Positions 1 to 14,112 of a stretch of 64,000 nt of DNA are shown piece after piece. Location: positions 1,984,001-2,048,000 of the forward strand of contig MU054323.1 in the NCBI GenBank assembly GCA_013239625.1, given 5' to 3'. A program made the position numbers and the translations under genes. The stretch is from Lama guanicoe. Lineage: Eukaryota. Each line of letters opens with the position of its first letter. Position 1 is the stretch's first letter. The notes below the pieces were generated by a model that was not told where the DNA came from, searched no databases, and worked only from the letters and a program-made list of their open reading frames with translations.

Positions 1-58
1 CGTGCTTTAACAAGCCATCCAAGTGATCCTGATTCACCTTAGAGTTTGAGAACCACTA
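1..58. mobile_element. MER5-like hAT-Charlie MITE, terminal fragment
   Basis: ttaacaagc...gtgat...gtttgagaaccact is the typical MER5 end; cut by the window edge. Confidence 0.7.
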
Positions 59-917
59 GGGTAGAGACACATTCAAGGTTCTTGTCCTTACAAACCTTCT
101 AATGATACAGTTAAAAGCAATAATTTTACAAAGCTTGCAGGCTTCCAGAGATGAGACAGACCCATCTATTATTTAGAACAGATCTACCTACGCAAAACTA
201 AATTGGTGACTAAGCCAGTCACTTGAATGTTTTTGGTTCAGAAATGTGTTCTCTCTGAATCAGAAATGCTTGATTCATGGAGTCACTGGTCAACACTGGC
301 TTAGGAGTCCAGACACAGCTGTTCATGTGTCTCTTCTTGTGCTAATAAAACCTATCATCTTAGGCTGATCAAGGTGTAAGCTATGACATACCCGGTCCCC
401 CACTCACTTGCTGATGGAATTAGTGCACATTAGAGAGGGCTACTGAAGGAATCCATCAGCTAACTAGATTTTGTACAGAAACTTCCATATCCTGGGCATT
501 CAGCCTGGTGCTATTGGAGGGGAGAGGGTGGCGAGGACAGGTTACTCTGACCCGGAAATCACAAGGAATTTCAGACTTTCATGTCTGAACCGAAGCACTC
601 ACTTCCTTGGCCTTGTGCTGAATGACCATTCAAAGGATAAGAGATTGCAGTGGCCTAGGGCCGTCGGGGACTGCTTCATAGACAGTTGGGCGAGGGGTTG
701 GTAGGCATAAATCATGTGAATGTGGTGTGGATGTAGGAAAATCCATGGTATGTCTGAGTGAGCATTCTGCCTGCATAGTTTAGTAGTGGGAGAGAAGTTT
801 GAGATCGTTGTCTGAGCCAGTTGGAAAAGGATTTTGGATTATATCCCAAGGACAAGAGAAAATCATCATAGGTCTTTCAGCAGGGGCATGCTAAGATGGA
901 GAAGAAGGTTTAAGATG

Positions 918-1070
918 TTAAGAATATGAAAACTAATATGTGTATGTTCCTGTATGATTAAAGCACAATGCTGTACATAGAAACTGACACAACATTGTAA
1001 ACTGACTATACTTCAATAAATAAATACATACATACATACATACATACATACACATATATATACAAAAAAA
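918..1070 (+). mobile_element. 5'-truncated camelid-type L1 3' end with (TACA)n tail
   Basis: ...gacacaacattgtaaactgactatacttcAATAAA (signal 1015-1020) followed by TAAA/TACA repeats and an A run; same 3' end as the copy at 46027-46195. Confidence 0.85.
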
Positions 1071-1769
1071 AGAATAATTATCTTTATTTTCCTCCCATGC
1101 CACACTGAGTTAATTTAGGCTTCATAAAAGGGCCATCAGTCACTCAGGCTGCAAAATGGGTCCATTTGTCAGTAAAGGGGAAAAGGTGACAACAGCTCAG
1201 AAAACGGAGAGCAGCAGGCATCCCAGCCAGAACCTGGCCCCAGAGCGAAAATGCACATGTGTATCACTTGGAGATGAAAAATGCTTTCCATGGGCCGTCC
1301 GTCATCATCGCTGTCCACAGAGACAGCTCCCCCATCTAGGGCGCATTTCTACTGAAGAGAGAGGCTGGGCCCTGGGGATGCGGTGACGCCCAGCCTTGTT
1401 TGGACAGCCTCTCCTGACTGATGGCCTCGGGCTCTGGGTCTCTCCAGGATGGCTGCATAGTATGGCTGGGAGGCGTGAAGGGCAGGGAGCCTTTACTTTT
1501 CAGCCAGAAGCAGGGAAGTATTTGCAAAGACTCTTGGTCACGATGAAAATGCTTGCCTATCCCCCTCATTTCACCGTGAGCTCCTTGAAGGGAGAATCAG
1601 CTTCTTAATCTTGTTATTTTTAGTGTCAACCACAAGCCCACCACACATTGGCCCTCAGTTCATGTTTGTTGAACAAATATGTAAGTCTAACAGTTGGCAC
1701 AGATCATGATTCCCCCTTTCCTCTGTGCCTTTTAATCAGCAACTTTAAGAACCAGAATGTTCTCAGACA

Positions 1770-2500
1770 CCATCCAGAAGAAAGAATGGTTTCACTAAAT
1801 AAGAGAGAAAAGTGTTTCAGAAATGAGTTCATACATTCAGAATGCTTCTGAGAGATCAAGTGAGACAAAAACTAAAGAAACGACTGGATTTGACAACAGA
1901 CAGGTCATTGGTAACTTTGTCAAAAGCGACCTCAGTGGTGGGGTGGGGCAGATCCCAATCAGAGAAGGCTAAGGATGAGGGGAAGGAGAAAGTGGAGGAA
2001 GCAGTTAAGCAGAACTATTGTGAATTGGAGCAGAGATATGATGGTTATATGGGGATGAAAGACAGCTTGGATTTCTATGAAGGTGGGAGAAATTACAACA
2101 TGATTGGAGTATGATGGAAATGATACTGTAGAGAAAGAGAAATTGATGGTGCAGAAGGGAGAGAATAATTACAAAAGAGAGGTTAATTAGCCAAGTGAAG
2201 ATGAGATCCAGTGCATAAAGCAGGGCTTTGCCTTTGGACTGGATCAGGCACATTTCTTCCAAGGTGACAGGAGGGAGACTGAGAGTGTGGACACTGATAC
2301 AGGAGGATGGAAAGTTGTGGGACGATGAACGAGTTCATCTCTAATAACTTCCACTTCTCAGTGAATCATGGGGCAGGTCACCGGCCCCATGGTGTGAGTC
2401 AGTCAACCACGGGACAGATTCTTCAGGAAATGAAGGTGGGGAAGCAGGGATTCTAGAGATGGAGAGTTGAGGAGAACCCATCTGAGAAACAGGGAGATGA
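1770..2500 (-). mobile_element. L2 LINE fragment
   Basis: Purine-rich degenerate L2 motifs (gagagatcaagtgaga...ctggatttgacaac...gtcattggtaacttt); approximate ends. Confidence 0.65.
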
Positions 2501-3199
2501 AAGGGAGTTATCATCTCTTCTCATTGTTTATTTACAAATTAACTCAACAATGAATTTAGGATCTAAGGACCTGCCAGTTCCTTTTCATGTCCCAATCCCA
2601 ATCCGAAAAGGCAGATATCACATCCACTTTGCAGGCTCAGTGTGATTAAACAACAAGATCTTGTCTCTCTTCAAAGTCCTCACTTTTTTGAAGCCTCGCT
2701 ACCAAATGAGGAAGCAGGCAAGGTTCCCTTCTCAATTCACTTCAGTAGGCATTTCTGACCACCTGTCACATGTCTGCCTTTCACCACACAATTTATGTCT
2801 ATTCATCCTGTGATACCTACCCACCTGTTTCTAGTCACTGTCTTTGAAGCAGCTAGACTCTGGAAGCATCGCAGTGACTAAGGTATAGTCCCGTTTTCCA
2901 GAGAGCGCAAATAAATTAATAGGCAGAAATGCGTGCTGTTACTGTAGTGAGCCAAGGCAGTGGTAGACACAGCCTTGTGGGGGTCAGCAAAAGCTCCCAG
3001 GAGAGGGACGTCTAAGCTCTAGGACCTGTGGCTGCTCTTGCCTCACTGACTTCCCCTCTTCCTTGTAGCCCAGGTACAGAGGCTGAGCACTGATCTTCCC
3101 ACCAGAATTGCTACCCCATCCTCCAGGGAGTGATCTCCCTGAAAAGCAAACTCCATCACCATCCTCCAGTGGGACTCCACACCCGAATTCTTTAACTTA

Positions 3200-3745
3200 C
3201 CATGGCATTCAAGATCTTCCATGCTTTCACCTCCTCTCACCCAGCGCATCTACTTCCTTAATCTCCAACCTCCTCTCCTGCCCACTGTCACCCTATGACC
3301 CCCCTTCCACATAATCCAAACTCCAGTTAGGACTTCTTGTAATTTTTGCATCCCACCAAATTTTCTCTAGCTTTCAGCCATTTCCTCATACTGATTCTCA
3401 ACCTGGAAGACCCTTTCATCACAATTCCTATATGATCACCTTATTATACTTCTTCAGGATTCCATCAGGTGTTACCTTTTCCTGAGATGTCTTTCCGTGC
3501 CAATCCTAACCTGCCACCGTTCCCTCACCCACCCACACACACACATGCACTGCTGAGCTTCCTCAGAGCTCATTACGACCTCTGAATAAACCTTAACACA
3601 CTGGATTGAAATAGTTTGTGTGTCCATCTCCCTTGCTATACTGCCAATTGTTTGATACCAGAGATGCATCTTATTAATTACCCAGAATGTTACCCGGCAT
3701 ATAGTGGGAGCTCTGTGTATACTTACAAAAAACAAATAAATAAGC
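3200..3745 (+). mobile_element. L2 LINE 3' fragment
   Basis: Pyrimidine-rich L2 body ending ...cccggcatatagtgggagctc...aaataaataa. Confidence 0.6.
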
Positions 3746-6700
3746 AAATAAACACATAATGCTTATAGCTCTTCCAAACTTGCTTTGTGCTCTTAGCCTC
3801 CATATCTTTGAATATGCTATTCCACTTATTGAAGTAGTCTTTTCCCTTCTCCATCTTTTCCCAACTCCATTTGATGAACGCGTATTCTTCCTAAGACCCA
3901 GAAAATGTGTGATGCACTAATACAAAGACTTCTCAGCAAAACAGACTTCTTAAAGCAAGCTTCACTTTATTTTAAGCTAATTATCCCTGGGTCATTTGCT
4001 TTGGGATCCTTGGAGAAAGCAGTCTTTATTAAAGTAGTTCGAAAACTGAGTTTCAGTCCTTTTGGGCTACTGTTACAGAAGTTTTAGATGTGCATTCCAG
4101 AAGGTCAAGCAACTTTTAAGTGTCAGTACATACTTCCCTTCCCCCACCAATCACTCCCTTGAGAATACTCTATTTTAAAAAGCATCTAAAAAAAAAAAAG
4201 ACAAACCTACACTTCTGGACCAATTCATCTGCAATTTGCTATACTTCATAGGGCTCAGAGCCCCCGCGTGCCTAAACTACTAGGAAAGATTTCTGGACAC
4301 GTCAATAAAAGTATCTTAATGAACAACAGATGCAAAGAACATGTCTTTAAATAAATTGATTCCAAATTTCCCTGCATGTTTCTGTGATTTTGCTTTTTAA
4401 ACGGGCACCACTGACTTTAAACTTGGCTATCCGAAAAAAGCCGAAGGAAAAAAAAATTGTATATTGTTTCAAAAAAATTTCATTGTCTTGCTTTTCTTCA
4501 CCACTCTTTGTTTGAAGAGGTTAATGTGCGTTCATGCCGATGACCTCACCCCTGCTTGTAATAGCTCTTTGGAGCAAAGAGAGGCAAGTTATACATCTTC
4601 CCCATTTTGAATGTAGTACAGAAAGTTTATAGACTTGTCCAGATTGGGGATCAGAATTAGAACTCAGGTCTCATGATTTTGAAGACTACGTGTAGACCCT
4701 GGGCTCCACTGTCTCTTAAAACAAAACCAAAAGTAGCCTTCTAGCCAGCAGAGAATACAGATGATGAGAATGTCTGCACTGGACCCTGTCAAGGCTCCAT
4801 GAACGTTTTATCAAACAGATATGAGTAGTATTTGGTTCAAAGTTTGTGTTCAGTTATAAAGTGAAATGAGATCTAGCATTTCTCCTCCAAGGACTAAAAT
4901 TTACCAATTGACTTAATACGTACTCCAAAAACCCTTTGCTATCAATTACTTACCACCTGAAATCATATCTAAACTCTCAGTTATATTTCAACTTGATAAA
5001 GAATGAACTTGTTTTACTATCATCAGTAAATAAAGAAGTGGCACTTGGAAGAGGATTATGATGGATGCTTCCATTTGGGGTTTTAATAGCACAGCAGATC
5101 GTCATTTTTTTTCTTACACACGAGACTAGAAATCAAAATTTGGCTCTATAGCCGCCTAATTTCCCCGCTCTGATCTGCTACTCTGGACATCTGGGTTTCC
5201 TGTGGATTGTGTTCAATCAGCAGTGTTGAGGTAGTAAATATTTCACCAATGAGTTCCTCTCCTGTATTCTTACTGCATAAAAGGAGAGAGAGCCCAGTAG
5301 ATTCCAATCTTGGAAGGCTTCCTCTGTCACCTTGCACATTAGTGTCTTTGAAAAAGCAGTTTGGGATGTTGTTTTGCTGGAGCAAAGACGAAGGCAGCAG
5401 TAGTGGGAGGTAGGATGGAGGGAGGGAAGGGCTGAATTAGGACCCAGAGATTGTTGAATAGAACAAAATGAAAAGCTGTTCCCAATTTGAAAAGTGAGTT
5501 GACGTCTGTTACTCTGGTATGCGGTAAGACATGTTTTTCATCTAAGACATAATAAAAGTTACAAGCATTTTACACTGTGCATTAAGAGCTGCATCTTTAA
5601 GGGAACATCTCTTCATAGAGAGCACATGCTGGGTTCTCTATTTGATGATACTTTTGAACATTTTATTATTACAATAGATGAAATATCCCCGAGTCATGGC
5701 AAATCCTAAATGAGTTAACAAAGCACCTTTGTAGAAATGACTGTTAGGGGTGGATCGACATTGCATTTTTTCATCTGTTCCTATAAGTATAAAATTTATG
5801 TTCAAACCGAGTGTGGGACTGGATTACACCATTGGGAGATCATTAATAGAGAAGATAGATTCCATGACATGCAAATAATCCAAAAGAATCCTAGGGTCAA
5901 GGTGGATGAAGATTTTGAGGTGATAGTGAAAGGAAGATATGGTATAGAAGCTCCTTCTTGATATTTCCTGTGGATTAAAAAAAAAAGTTTCCCAGCTGAC
6001 CTTGAGGTCAAATGGAAAAAGGACTTGGGGAGCCATACTATTCTTGAAGGGTCCATTGACATTGCATGTTACATAAATGGTAGCCCCTAGAGTTGTACAG
6101 ATGTGGTGCTCAAGTTGAGAAGAATGGTAACAAGTTTAAACATCTATCATGTGGAAGAAGAAAGATAAATGCCTAGGAACCCTTCTTTCTTTTGTCTCTG
6201 CTGTTACTACTTTTTCAAAATTCCTTCTTAGCCTCTTTCCCTGACAATTCTTTCTTCACCGGTCCCTTTTTCCCTCCAGTTTTGTTGAGGTATAATTGGT
6301 ACCCATTCCTGAAAAATCGGTGTTCTTTTGGATCCCTTAATAGACTCACTTCTCTTGTTTCCCACGTACTCTTTCTACATAACCTCATTTACATGCAGAA
6401 TTTTAACTACTACCTGTACAATGATTATGTCAAGTCTTTATCTCCAGTCTTGCCTCTGCAAAGAGCTTCAGCTCTCTGTATCCACCTGCTTCCTGGATAT
6501 CAAGCTCTGTCTGGATATCCCCTGTGTACGCCAATCCAGAGATGACAGATTCTTGAGGTTTAAAGTAGCCAAAGGCATGTTCTAAAGAGAAGGCAGGACT
6601 TAAAGAAAAAATGGAGCTTTTAGAAGAGTGATGGTGGGAACAGGAGGGTGCTTTGTAAGAAGTTAGTTTCAGCAGGAACATGAAGATGAACAGGATTTAT

Positions 6701-6789
6701 TGCTGGCATAGTTAGGAAAATAGGGCAATGGAAACATGGATGTTGAGATTATAAAACTAATGACGTGTTGATACTCCGGGGAAAGGCGC

Positions 6790-7050
6790 TATTTGTGGTA
6801 CAGTAAATGGCTCTGGTATTGGACAGATTTGACTTCAAATCCAGCCCCCATGCTTGTTAACTGGGTGACTGAAAAATCTTTCTAGACTCTCTGGGCATTT
6901 GTTTTCTTATCTGTAAAATGAGGGTAATAATATTTATGCCACAGTATCTTGGGGGGTGTAAATGTGAGGATATAGAAGTCATAAGATCTTTGTCATCTGA
7001 CAAGTCCTCTGAGTTCCACCGAAGGCCTGGCTCAATAGGAATATTGTAGC
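6790..7050 (+). mobile_element. MIR SINE
   Basis: ttcaaatccagc...gggtgact...ttttcttatctgtaaaatgagggtaataata core motif. Confidence 0.75.
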
Positions 7051-7620
7051 TTCTGGGCATGGATGCTCCAAGGCCACTGGACCTCAGGAAAATGTTATTT
7101 GAAGATCAGCTCTTGTTACAGTATGGTTCTGAGAGCTCTCATGGAGTTTCAGTAGAGATTACATACTCCAGCTTCGTCCTTCCCAAAGCATAGACTCCTA
7201 GGATATCAGCGGTCACCAAGTCCAGCCCTCAGGATCTCCTTTATCTCCTTTCAGCCACTGTAGCTTTGCTGATTGCTGCTCCACATATTGGATGTACACA
7301 GGATTCTGCAGCTCCCACCATGGTGCAAAGCACTGACCTGGTCGAACTCCATCATTGTATTGGTGGGTAAATCAAGATTCATGTCAAGTTTAATTATATT
7401 TTTGCAATTAATTGTAAATGACATTTATAAATTACCTATCAGTCTGTACTCTTCCAATTAATACAATGATTTCATGCATTTGGGTACATTCATGTGACAG
7501 TGCTCTGAGCAGTTAATGTTATTCATGAAAATCTATTCTAATCAAAGTTAATGCACTACAAGATTTAGTTACTTAAAGAAAACCACAGTGAATATTTTAC
7601 AAAATAAATATTTAAAAAAA

Positions 7621-7750
7621 TTTTTTTCGATCAGGTAGGTAATCAGGTTTATTTGTATTTATTTATTTTTTTAATGGCAGTACTGGGGATTGAACCCAGG
7701 ACCTTGTGCATGCTAAGCAAGCACTCTACCACGGAGATAAACCCTCCCCC
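7621..7750 (-). mobile_element. camelid tRNA-derived SINE (vic-1 type)
   Basis: Minus strand reads ggggagggtttatctccgtggtagagtgcttgcttagcatgcacaaggtcctgggttcaatccccagtac (A and B boxes) plus an A-rich tail; degenerate TSD taaaaaaatttttt / taaagaattctttt. Confidence 0.9.
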
Positions 7751-8039
7751 TAAAGAATTCTTTTAAGTTAAATAATTATTTTAAGTTTAAATAATTTACA
7801 AAGTACATTTTGATACATTTTATTTATTTATTTTTAAATTTAGATGTTTTTCTTTTTTTTTTCTAAATAACAGCTTGGGAAAGAATCTTTGCATATTCAA
7901 GTATACTTCCATCTATATGGCAATGTGCAATTTATTTTTCCCACATTTCCTTAGTCAAAAGGAAAACTGTCAACCTTTTTTGGAGGAGGGGAATTAAATA
8001 AAAATAAAAATTGAGATTTTTTTTTTTAGCCATGGAGGA

Positions 8040-8290
8040 AGACTGAGGATAGGGCTGGAATTCTAACTAAACTGCGTGAAAATTCCTATTCAGTATTGTC
8101 AAATTTTGTGACCCTGAATGTCTTTTTTTTTCCATCTCAGTCTCTTCATTTATAAGATATAAATGCAATAAGATAGCAATACTATTGTCATTATCACACT
8201 ATTAGGCTGAGGAATAAAGGAGGCAACACATGGGAAGTGCCTGCCACAGCACCTGGCCCTTAGCAGGCCCTCCTCAAGTGGTCACTGTCT
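8040..8290 (+). mobile_element. MIR SINE
   Basis: ctcagtctcttcatttataagat core and 3' gtgcctgccacagcacctggcc. Confidence 0.6.
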
Positions 8291-9399
8291 TCTCTTCTGA
8301 ACACGTTGGAGCCCTGCCCAAGCTCAGACTCCTGGAAGATCATCAGTTTAGCTCACCCCAAAGCAGACCAGGTGTTCACTTAACATTCATACATCCCCTC
8401 TGGGGAACTCACTGACAGCCTGCATAAATGATCTGATGCTGGTTGAAGATAAAGTGGATCTCTTTAATACATTACCTTTGTAAGTTTGCTTATTTTTCTT
8501 AAATACAAGGGAGATCACAAACCTGCAGATGTCAAATGACTTCCATTGAATAGCTGTAAAACAAAGATTAAACAGCTTTTTCTCTAGAGTTACCTTGGTC
8601 TGACAAAAAAATAAAAAATCCACCAATGCAGAACTTTTCCAACCTGGACGTACAAAAGGATGACAGTGTTTTATTTAATTGAAGAATATCAGCCTTTGAA
8701 CATTATGAAAACCATATTTTATAAGAGAAGGAATAAATTGATTCCAACAGACAATTTTTGATGTTAAACCCATGAAAAGGTAAATTTTGAAAGAGTTAGG
8801 GTGACTGCCCAGGGCCAGTGCACTTGTCGAAAGGATGTAGAGGGATCATACGTGAAGCTCATGTGTGTTTAACTGCAGCAAATTTTAAATTCCAGAAGGA
8901 AGAATAAACAAAAGAAGAAATCCTACAAGCAAATTGGAAAGGCGGCAAAGTATAGGCTGACAGAGGATCATTTCCTTGCTGTCTTAAGATCTCAGTCTTC
9001 GTTTATTTACATTTGTCTTTTTAGGTAATTCTTGGCATATTTCCAGGAGAAATGTACATGAAAAATATACATGAGAAAAACCGCATTCCATGGGTTCTGA
9101 GGTGTCAGAATACGTTGGACAAAGTCTGAATTCTCTCTCTCACCGTTTTCTTTCATAATGTTACTATTCATGTGAAAAAACAAACATACAAATCAACATA
9201 AAACCACAGCAATGAACCAAAATAGTAACTCAGGTTTATGATAAGACAATGTCTTCCCCTTTTTGCCAACAAGCATAAAAGAAATCTATATTCTGTCAAT
9301 CGTCACTGATTTATTCTGGTATTTATTCTGTATAATGACTATAACAATGACTATCTCTAATATTAATTTTGTACTGTATTAGTCAGGGAATGATTACTG

Positions 9400-9592
9400 C
9401 CAGCATGGGGTTCTGGAGGTGATTCTCACCAGCTCATGAGGACTGATTGTACATAACTTTTCACAACTCAGAGTTCAGTAACGTATCAGTAACTTGAAAT
9501 TGGCCATGGTGGAAGTACTTGCATCGTGAAAACTGGCCAGCACGACAAATCAAGACTTGCTTTTCAGAAAGCTGGTTGTTAAACATTTACTA
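9400..9592. mobile_element. MER63-like hAT DNA transposon remnant
   Basis: cttgaaattggccatggtggaagta...gctggttgttaaacatttac resembles the MER63 consensus as I recall it. Confidence 0.7.
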
Positions 9593-9759
9593 TTATTGAA
9601 GCCATAGAGATAACAAGTGTTACTGTAGAAACTGATTCTTGGAAAATGGGAAATGGTTAACAGTGATGCCTAAGGAAAGAGTATGCACTTCCGAGCTCTA
9701 CAGATGGAGATCTGAGTACCATTCTGTCCTGTGCCACCACCACTAATCCTCTACTTGCC

Positions 9760-9930
9760 TATGTTTACTGAGCGCATAGGATGTGCCAAGCATGATTTTA
9801 AGTATTTGGTACCTTGTATTACCTGATTGCATCCTCAAACAATTTTATGAGGTCAATTCTACCATAACAGAGAGGAAACTGAGGCCCTCAAGGATTATGT
9901 AACTTTCCAAAAGGTACAGTTTATAAGCAG
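9760..9930 (-). mobile_element. MIR SINE
   Basis: tttactgagc...atgtgccaagca...acagagaggaaactgaggc. Confidence 0.75.
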
Positions 9931-10514
9931 AGATTAAATTCATATAAAATATTAAACATAGGGCCCACAGCTGAGCAATCTTGACCATGCTAACTTCTAT
10001 AAAAAGGGGGTAAAATACCTATATTCTTTAAAGTTAAAATGAAATGAGACATGAAAAATACCTACAAAAGTGTCGGACACAGAGTGGGAGAATGATACAT
10101 GTCCCTGGTCTTCTCCCTCCATTAGAATAAACCCAACCAGAATGAGAGCTTTCCCAGCAGCAGCCATTGAACATGTTAGCCTGATAGAGGTCCTGTCATA
10201 TGTGTAAAAAGAACAGAGAAGCCAAGGAAAATCGTAACAATAACTCAGTGGCATGGGGAGAAGAAGAGAGCCTCAAAGTATGGACTACTGAAGCTGCCTC
10301 CAAGCTTACACACAGAGCCTCCGTCAAGCCAGGATCTCCCTACCCACAGTGAAGGTAGCCTGGTTCTCAGGACAACATCAGAAAGTGCTTCCTCTCTGTG
10401 TTCTTAGTCAGGTATCAACTTATTACCTATCAGCTGCAAATTCACCTTGCATTTTCATTGTCTCTCTTGTGAAAATATAGAGAAATAGTTTCTTTGGCAA
10501 CCTACCACAATGTT

Positions 10515-11122
10515 AGGCTTGTCTGTCGTTGCAGATGAAGGGGTTTCCTTCCCTGGTTCTAGGATGCTCTCTCCACAGACTCCTGCATCACGTCCAGCTG
10601 CTGCAGACCACACGTTTCCCCAGTGCCTGGCATGTGCAGTGCATGGATTCTCCAGTACTAGGATCCTGAAGCACCCATGGCTTCTCCAGCACCTGACTCC
10701 CGCAGGGCATTGGCAGCCAGCAGCACTCAGCCCCCAGTCACTGTCCTGAGCAATCCCCTCCAGGAAGTTTGTAGCACAGTGCCTCCAGCAAGTCACATCC
10801 CCTGGCACTCCAGAGAGAGGATTGGTATGTGTCACAGAAACTTCTCTGCCACCATGAGAGCCGTCACCTTGCCCTCCAACAAGGATGAGTCTCAACCCTG
10901 GGGATGTGGGTGGGAAGTTCTTTCTTGGGCCCCTTATTTTTGTCCTAAGGATAGTGGTTGCTACTCACATTGTCTATTCCTGTATCCTTTAAAGGTCTCT
11001 TTATTTCCTGTTAGCCAATTCATTACTTCAATCCCATGTTTTTGCTACTAATTCTTATATTAAATTTTCCCTGTTCAAATTACTGTATGGTTTCTGTCTC
11101 ATGATTGGACTCTGGCTGACAC
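10515..11122 (+). mobile_element. ERVL-class solo LTR (LTR41/LTR52-like)
   Basis: 3' end ATTAAA ttttccctgttcaaattactg...ggtttctgtctc...ggactctggctgacaCA; 5' boundary approximate. Confidence 0.65.
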
Positions 11123-11889
11123 AGGCTCACACTATTGCCCTTACATAGATGCTGTTTAAAGAAGGCTTGAAACCAAATTCTAGACCAGTACCGAAGACTT
11201 CAGGCTAAAAGCTAAACCACAAAGCCAGTTAATTCCAGACATTACTAGAATTTTCTATAACTCCTTAAGGTCCTTAAGGTCCAAGTTCTTGAGGAGAAAG
11301 AGTGAATTGGGTTCTATTTCTCTAGATAATTAGAGTATTCTTTGTCCAATTTATGTTTCAACACTAATCACTTAGCTTGATCTTCTTTCTTGTTAGACGG
11401 GAGGAAGCTAATTTTGCAAACCAAGAAACTTTCTAAACAAAAAACTCAGTGGCCTAAGGGTATTAAGTTGTCCTCTATGGGTTCTATAATTCCAGCTGGC
11501 CATGTTTTTTGGCCATTGAGAAAATCTGGCTTTGCATTTCAATAAAATGTTGAAATTAAATTACTTTTAGCTAAGCTGGAAGTTGGAAAATTTTATCATA
11601 CAGAGTGAGTAAATCATTGCAAAATGCTCTAAGTACCTCCTAGTTTTCATTTCTATGGCACTGAAATAATCTATATAGGTTTTCCTGGCTCCAGCAGGAG
11701 TAAATATACCAATGTACTCTGATTAAATCATTGGAAAATGTAGGAAAAATTCCTCCTTTTGGAAACAATTTTATTGGGTCAGATTCTCATCATAAGAAAG
11801 TTATAGAGATTTTATACATAGAAAAGCAAAACAAAAAATTGAGAAATTATTTTATTCTCTCTTTAACATGTATGTATATCATCCTATGT

Positions 11890-12232
11890 AATTTTTTATT
11901 TTATTTTTTAAACATTTTTGTTGAGTTATATATAGTCATTTTACAATATTGTATCAAATTCCAGTGTAGTACACAATTTTTCAGTTATACATGAACATAC
12001 ATATATTCATTGTCACATTTTTTTTCCACTGTGAGCTACCACAAGATCTTGTATATATTTCCCTGTGCTACACAGTATAATCTTGTTTGTCTATTCTGCA
12101 TATGCCTGTCAGTATCTACAAATTTTGAACTCCCAGTCTTTCCCTTCCCACCCCACCCTGCCTCCGGTAACCACAAGTTTGTATTCTATGTCTATGAGTC
12201 TGTTTCTGTTTTGTATTTATGTTCTTTTTTTT
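11890..12232 (-). mobile_element. young camelid-type L1 3' UTR fragment
   Basis: T-rich tail on the left; cttgtatatatttccctgtgctacacagtataa...ccggtaaccacaagtttgtattctatgtctatgagtctgtttctg. Confidence 0.85.
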
Positions 12233-13689
12233 AAGTAATAATTACATAGAAAATACAGAAAAATTATTTTTCAGATAGAAACTTCACAGGACTAGCCTAT
12301 TGTCTCTAAATGTGTGTATCAATTTAAAATATTGAACCACTGTTACTAGAGGAGTCAGGGCAACTACCATTTGATGGTGATCTTTTCATGTTGAAAGACT
12401 AGAGTATAATTTAAAATTTAAAAAGTTTAAATTCCAGCTCTTCTGTCATTGTATGACTTATTCCCCTCCAAAATATTTTTAATCAGAAAAACTCTAAAAC
12501 CTATCATACAACATCCAGGCTTTTTCCTGTGTCTACGCCATTCTTTCAATGCAGGATTGCCTGCTTTGGAAATAAAAGTGGACTCTTTCAGGCCATGTTA
12601 CCACTAATAGGAGCATTTTTAAGCAATATAAAGTAAGCACAGCCTAAACTTCAATTTAAGTATTATTTAGTGCAAGAGCATGGCCTTGCAAACCTCAAAA
12701 AGGCCTGTGAAATAACAGGATTCAATAATTCTAAGCTATTAAGAAAACATTGAATTATATTGAGTATCCTCTGCTTATGGAAAAAATAAAAGTATGTAAT
12801 GTATTTTAGAAAGATTTAAATTTGAAATAATTTTTTTTTTTTTAAGCTTGGATACTTAAAAGGATAAGCTCTCAGCTATTCAATACAATTCACTCCCCAA
12901 TGGCTTTTTGATACTTGACATTTTCCTAATTAGTTTAAAACACAACATTGTACTCCATTCATCAGTGTTAAACATGTCAAAATAACGACTGTTTATTGAA
13001 TATTTACTTTACAATGACCTTCTACATCTATTAACTAGCAAAATGTAATTTCTGTTTTTCTGGTTTAGAAGCTGAGATCCCAGATGGGTTAAGAAATTTC
13101 CCCCAAAGCATATAGTTGGTGAAGTGGTAAAAATGGAATTTGACCCAGAAATACCTAAAAAGATGCATGTTTTCATCATCCCACGTTGCTCTTTCTTGAT
13201 TCTAAGGCAAACATGGGTCTTTTAGGAACATAGTGTGTGTCTTGGTGCTATGGGAGGACTTTCTTGTTTTTGAAAAAAATGGCCTTTAATTTTTAAGGCA
13301 ATGAAATTAGAATAGAAACAGTTTTAATCACCACCTCCTCTTTTTTTAGCTTCTTTTTCAGTTAGCTTGCCCAGTTTGGTAATCACACAAACATCTCGTG
13401 CATACTAGAAAAATTTAGCAGATCTCTCTCTTTTTTTTTTTATTTTAAAAGAGTATTTCCAGTTCATCATTGAAAAAACTTAATATATGATTTCATTTCA
13501 ACTGAAAAAAAAAGTCCCTATTTCAAGATGTATTAACTTTTCTAATGTAGCTTTGAGCTCTTCTTGAAATAGTCACTGCCTGGAAGCCTGAAGAAATTTT
13601 AATGCAACTTCCAAATGGATCTCACCCTGCTAGGGAGTAGCTTTGGCACGGGGAGAATTTGGCTCAGCAGACCTCAGCAGAGTCCCAGC

Positions 13690-14112
13690 TCAGGAAGTCA
13701 ATTCCTTGGAAAGATGAAACATCTGAAAATGTAAATTATTAGTTCAGTTGCAAATCTATGTGTTACATGTGTAGAAGTGCAAAAACACATTAGTTCAAAG
13801 GATTTATCATTAGCTGCCACATTGGACAGTACAGAAACTTAGATATCCTTCCATAAACACATGAGTCACCTTTTATAAAATACAATTTTCCATATAAGCA
13901 AGTTATTGATGAATGTGGAGTCTAAGACATTTTCTCTTTGGCTGTCGTAAAATTTTCTACAAATGATAAGAAAGAACATCTTTAAATGCAGCAAGTTCAA
14001 AAGGAGAACTTGTCACCGAGAGGAGGGAAGCCAAGGGGTCCTAGCATCTCTCACTCTCATGTCCTAATGCCAGCACATTTGCCAGAAAGCTTTCACTCTC
14101 CGAGATGAGTCA
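13690..14112. promoter_or_regulatory. candidate inducible enhancer (ETS, STAT, 2x AP-1)
   Basis: CAGGAAGT 13691-13698, TTCCTTGGAA 13702-13711, TGAGTCA 13862-13868 and 14106-14112 in apparently unique sequence. Confidence 0.35.

Noticed and set aside
7680..7750. tRNA-like sequence with A/B boxes
   Set aside because: Head of a SINE with an A-rich tail and TSD, not a tRNA gene.
10455..10895. Longest ORF (146 aa, minus) and overlapping plus ORFs
   Set aside because: Lie within an ERVL-type LTR remnant; no recognisable domain.
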